From positions 1 to 53,782 of the forward strand of contig JAHBMJ010000214.1 in assembly GCA_018398765.1 (NCBI GenBank): a stretch of DNA of 53,782 bases. Direction: 5' to 3'. The stretch comes from Chromera velia (taxonomy: Eukaryota). This document shows positions 50,262 to 53,782 of this stretch, piece by piece; position 1 is the first letter of the stretch, and every line of letters begins with the position of its first letter. The notes under the pieces are model-generated. The model worked only from the letters and a program-made list of their open reading frames with translations. It was not told the origin of the DNA and ran no database searches. The position numbers were made by a program, and so were the translations under genes.

Positions 50262-50609
50262 ATAATCGGAGTCACTGTTTTTTTAACATCTCGCAATTCT
50301 GTCTTTAAGACACGGTATCTTGTCAATGTAGCCTTTTGAACGTGGGGTCGGTTAATCTCGATATTAGTTCAATTTCTGTTACATAAAACGAGTATTTACC
50401 GAGTCGTTAATTTATTTTCAATTATTTTAGTAAATTTACACGAAATTAAATACCCGAAGTATAATTGAATTAAGCAGGAAGTCATCGCGGGTAAAGCTCA
50501 TCATGGAGGATGACGATTTTTTGTTAGATTGATAGCAGACGTTTGGCACAGATTGCCTAAAGGATTTAACAAGAAAAGGCTTAGTAAATCATTGAAATGA
50601 GTCTTATAA
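50262..50609 (+). CDS. rpl13: Probable highly divergent ribosomal protein L13 (115 aa, ATA start)
   Basis: [27 protein letters not shown] (cf. KKWYIIDA...LGRLA..IA..LRGK), [10 protein letters not shown] (cf. VIVINAEKI), VWHRLPKG...RLSKSLKWV (cf. VKGMLPKG...KLF.KLKVY). Canonical position after rpoA. Confidence 0.7.
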
Positions 50610-50673
50610 TTTCCTTACAAAGGAAAGCTTTTTTAAAAAGTTAAATATTACGTTATTCTGCGGTTTAAAAAAA

Positions 50674-51051
50674 ATTCCAACTTTTGAGCAGCTCAAACGC
50701 GCTGGTCGTTTTCCCAAAAAACGTCGGAGCAAAACCCCTGCTTTACGTGGGTGTCCGCAAAAAAAAGGTGTTTGTTTTAAAGTATTTGTCAAAACGCCTA
50801 AAAAACCAAATTCGGCATTACGAAAAGTTATTCGTGTAAAATTAAGTACTGCAGTTTTTGTTACAGCTCATATACCGGGGGAAGGACATGCTGTACAAGA
50901 ACATAGTATCGTGTTGATTCGTGGGGGACGGGTTCGCGATTTACCAGGAGTTCGCTATCGATTGATTCGTGGAACCTGTGATGCACAAGGTGTCACTAAA
51001 GGACGTTGAAATGCGAGGTCAAAATACGGTGTGAAAAAACCTAAACTATAA
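50674..51051 (+). CDS. rps12: Ribosomal protein S12 (ATT start)
   Basis: (I)[59 protein letters not shown]. Missing from the ORF track. Confidence 0.98.
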
Positions 51052-51113
51052 CCTCATTGTTGGTTTTTAGCCTTTCATCAAATTAGGTAAGAGGGGTTGT
51101 TATAATTGTAACT

Positions 51114-52442
51114 ATACCACGCGTCTATAAAAAATGAACGTTTGTCCATAAAATTTTTTATGATTTACGTCTTTTCACTAAAGAGAACGAAGGTCGTATT
51201 TTACTAACAGGAAAATTAAATTATTTTATGGTTAATCGGATACAGCGTCGAGGATGCAACTCGTTGGCTCGGAAAATTTGAAGTAAAACTTTATTAAAAG
51301 TAGAAAAACAGTTAAACCGGTCTATTAAAGATATTCTAGAAGAGATCTTTAGATTTTTAATTCCTCCAGTTGGAATTACTTTTCTTAAAAAAGCTAACCA
51401 AGTGACAGAATTACCTGTTATACAGCCTTATTATCGAGCGGTTCCTATGGCTATAAATTGAATTTTAGAGGCTGCAAGAAAAAAGAGGGGTGTGAAATTT
51501 GTAAATGCTTTAGTAACAGAGTTTGTGGACCTGTATAATTTTACTGGTGCGGCTAGTTCACAAAGAAATAAATATCTACGTCGAAGTCTAGCTGCAGAAG
51601 AAAACTTTCATCTACTTTATAGATTACCAAGACGTCGGTTACCTACTCAACCAGCTGTTGTAAAAAGGGATACAGTAACCTCAGAAGAGACAAGTAGCAT
51701 AGATTCATCTTACGCTGTAAAACTATCGACGCGCAAGTCTTCTACTTTCTTCCCTGTTCCACGAGCTAAAAGTTTTTCCAAAGAACAACTGAAAAAACAA
51801 AAAGTATTTTATAAAATTCAAGAAAATCGAAGATATAAGTATGGTGGACGATTTTATTGATTAAAGAAATTATACAGGTCATTTCAAAAACTTGTACCGT
51901 ATTCTGTCTTACTATTGATATGACATAGAACCTTGGTTCGAGAATATAGGTTATTTACACCTGAATTGTTAAGCACTTTATTTCTTAGTTCGAGCCAGAC
52001 GTTGGGATATTTTTGAAATTTATATTTTTGGCAAAGTCAGACACTTTTTACGGCTGTCGAGACTACAGCCCTACTATTTCCGGACCGGAAAAAAAAAAGA
52101 AGAGTTAACTGTGCTTCTGTACCTGGCCCTTTGCGGCCGCACATTTCACAATCTGGATCACGGTCGCTAAAATCTTTTATGTTCAAGCAAAAAAAACCTA
52201 GGAATCAAGGTAGAAAAGCTTCGCATATAGAAGATTTAAAAAAAATAGCTGTAGAAAAACCTCCGGTAACAAAAGGAATACCTTTAACAGAAGGAGTTAA
52301 ACTAAACATCATGAGAAGGTTACGTTGGACAAAAGACTCGAAGTCGTTAATCCTTAGAAAAACTGCAACGCCAAAGCCTAAGCGACCTAAACTCCAAAAA
52401 ATACTTCGGTCTACAAGCCGACACCATAAGAAGGATCGATAA
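51114..52442 (+). CDS. rps7: Ribosomal protein S7 with about 285-aa C-terminal extension (442 aa, probable ATA start)
   Basis: MVNRIQRRG..SLARKI, AINW(TGA)ILEAARKKRG, AEENF. Follows rps12. Frame continuous to TAA 52440. Confidence 0.87.
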
Positions 52443-52866
52443 GGGTGCCATAATTCTCCATAAAATGGCCAATTTAGGTAATGGACTCCGTTTAAAAAAG
52501 ATAAATTAGCAAAACTAACTAAGGTAAATTGATGCAAGCTATGGTATTTATGACAAAGTTTTCTAAACACGTTATACATTAGGAGGCCTAAGCTTTAGAC
52601 CGTTTTTATAGTTTCAAGAAGATTGTTAGTTATATGCATACGTATTCCCTAAAGCCGGTCAACTAGGATTAGCGTACTTTATAAAAACTACAGTGGCTAA
52701 TATTAAGGATTTTCAAAAACTTTCAGTGGGTAACCTCTAGTGCTGCAATAGGATCAATAAAAGGATCTCTTCTCTTTGTACAAATTATAGGTGCTCGTTT
52801 ATCGCCGTAGATTGATTTTAATAAGGTCAAAAATGCCATTCAAAATTTGTGACTCTGAAAAGCAGG

Positions 52867-52914
52867 TTCAAAAAATTCCGGTTTATTCGTAAGTTGTAAG
52901 TAAAATGTAAAATC
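52867..52914 (+). promoter_or_regulatory. Promoter-like leader conserved ahead of all three trnK copies
   Basis: TTCAAA-17 nt-TAAGTT then GTAAGTAAAAT. Gapless equivalents at 53378 (TTCGAA-17-TAATTT) and on the minus strand at 127 (TTCAAA-17-TAATCT). Confidence 0.5.
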
Positions 52915-52988
52915 GAGTTACTAACTCAATCTGGTAGAGTATTCGGCTTTTAACCGACTAGTTCTGGGTTCAAATCCCAGGTAACTCA
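52915..52988 (+). tRNA. trnK: tRNA-Lys(UUU), copy 2
   Basis: Cloverleaf with TTT anticodon, identical to the other two copies. Confidence 0.95.
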
Positions 52989-53006
52989 TTTTCTTTGGTC
53001 CTTTAA

Positions 53007-53309
<303 letters not shown>

Positions 53310-53425
53310 CAATGGACAAGGGACACCACCTTAAGAATCATAAGAGATTGTTATTCTTGTCAATCGTTAGAAAAACTTTCGAAAAGTTAAGTTTTATTCT
53401 TAATTTGTGAGTAAAATATAACATC

Positions 53426-53499
53426 GAGTTACTAACTCAATCTGGTAGAGTATTCGGCTTTTAACCGACTAGTTCTGGGTTCAAATCCCAGGTAACTCA
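53426..53499 (+). tRNA. trnK: tRNA-Lys(UUU), copy 3
   Basis: Identical to copies 1 and 2. Confidence 0.95.
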
Positions 53500-53745
53500 T
53501 TTTTTTAAGTATTCTCTAAGGTAAGAGGGTACTATTCGTGGTATGAATCTTAAAAGTTTACATTTTCTCGAGAGAGAATTATTGCAGCTTGTTCTGTTTG
53601 AAGTAGTTCTGGGATTCCTATTGGTTTCTGTGCGATGAGAACCAGAATCAAATTACATAAACTTTTTCTTTCTAAGTGTGACATAGGTCGAGAAGGTAAT
53701 TAAAGGTAGCGACCAAAACTCATCTGCAAAATCATGTTAGTTAAA

Positions 53746-53782
53746 CTCTCTAGGTAAGATTTGAACTTACGACCCTTCGGTT
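53746..53782 (-). tRNA. 3' half of a tRNA truncated by the window end, probably tRNA-Asn
   Basis: Reverse complement AACCGAAGGGTCGTAAGTTCAAATCTTACCTAGAGAG has a T-arm and acceptor 3' strand resembling trnN. The anticodon lies outside the window. Confidence 0.65.

Overview
Highly divergent, AT-rich plastid DNA from a photosynthetic red-lineage alga, most consistent with a chromerid (Chromera velia-like; inferred from the code and gene set, not verified by search). The supplied ORF track is fragmented because UGA encodes Trp here. Invariant Trp sites in PetB, PsaC, PsbH, Rpl16, SecA, Rps14 and Rpl31 are TGA, and a tRNA-Trp with a UCA anticodon is present. Re-read with UGA=Trp, the window holds atpA, psbH, petB, petG, psaC, psbT, secY, secA, atpI, atpH, rpoA/B/C1/C2, about 15 ribosomal protein genes and 18 tRNA genes (one partial; trnL-UAA has a 151-nt degenerate group I intron). 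Genes point outward from a switch at about 31 kb. Main oddities: (1) giant small-subunit ribosomal proteins (Rps4 2072 aa, Rps3 1024 aa, Rps11 563 aa with tandem repeats, Rps7 442, Rps8 378, Rps18 256, Rps17 207) next to normal-sized large-subunit proteins; (2) three identical trnK genes sharing a promoter-like leader, all beside ATP synthase genes; (3) cryptic ccs1, rpl13 and rpl31 frames; (4) an rpl20-like frame with in-frame stops; (5) frequent AUA/AUU/GUG starts. Frames were joined by hand, so non-ATG starts are approximate.
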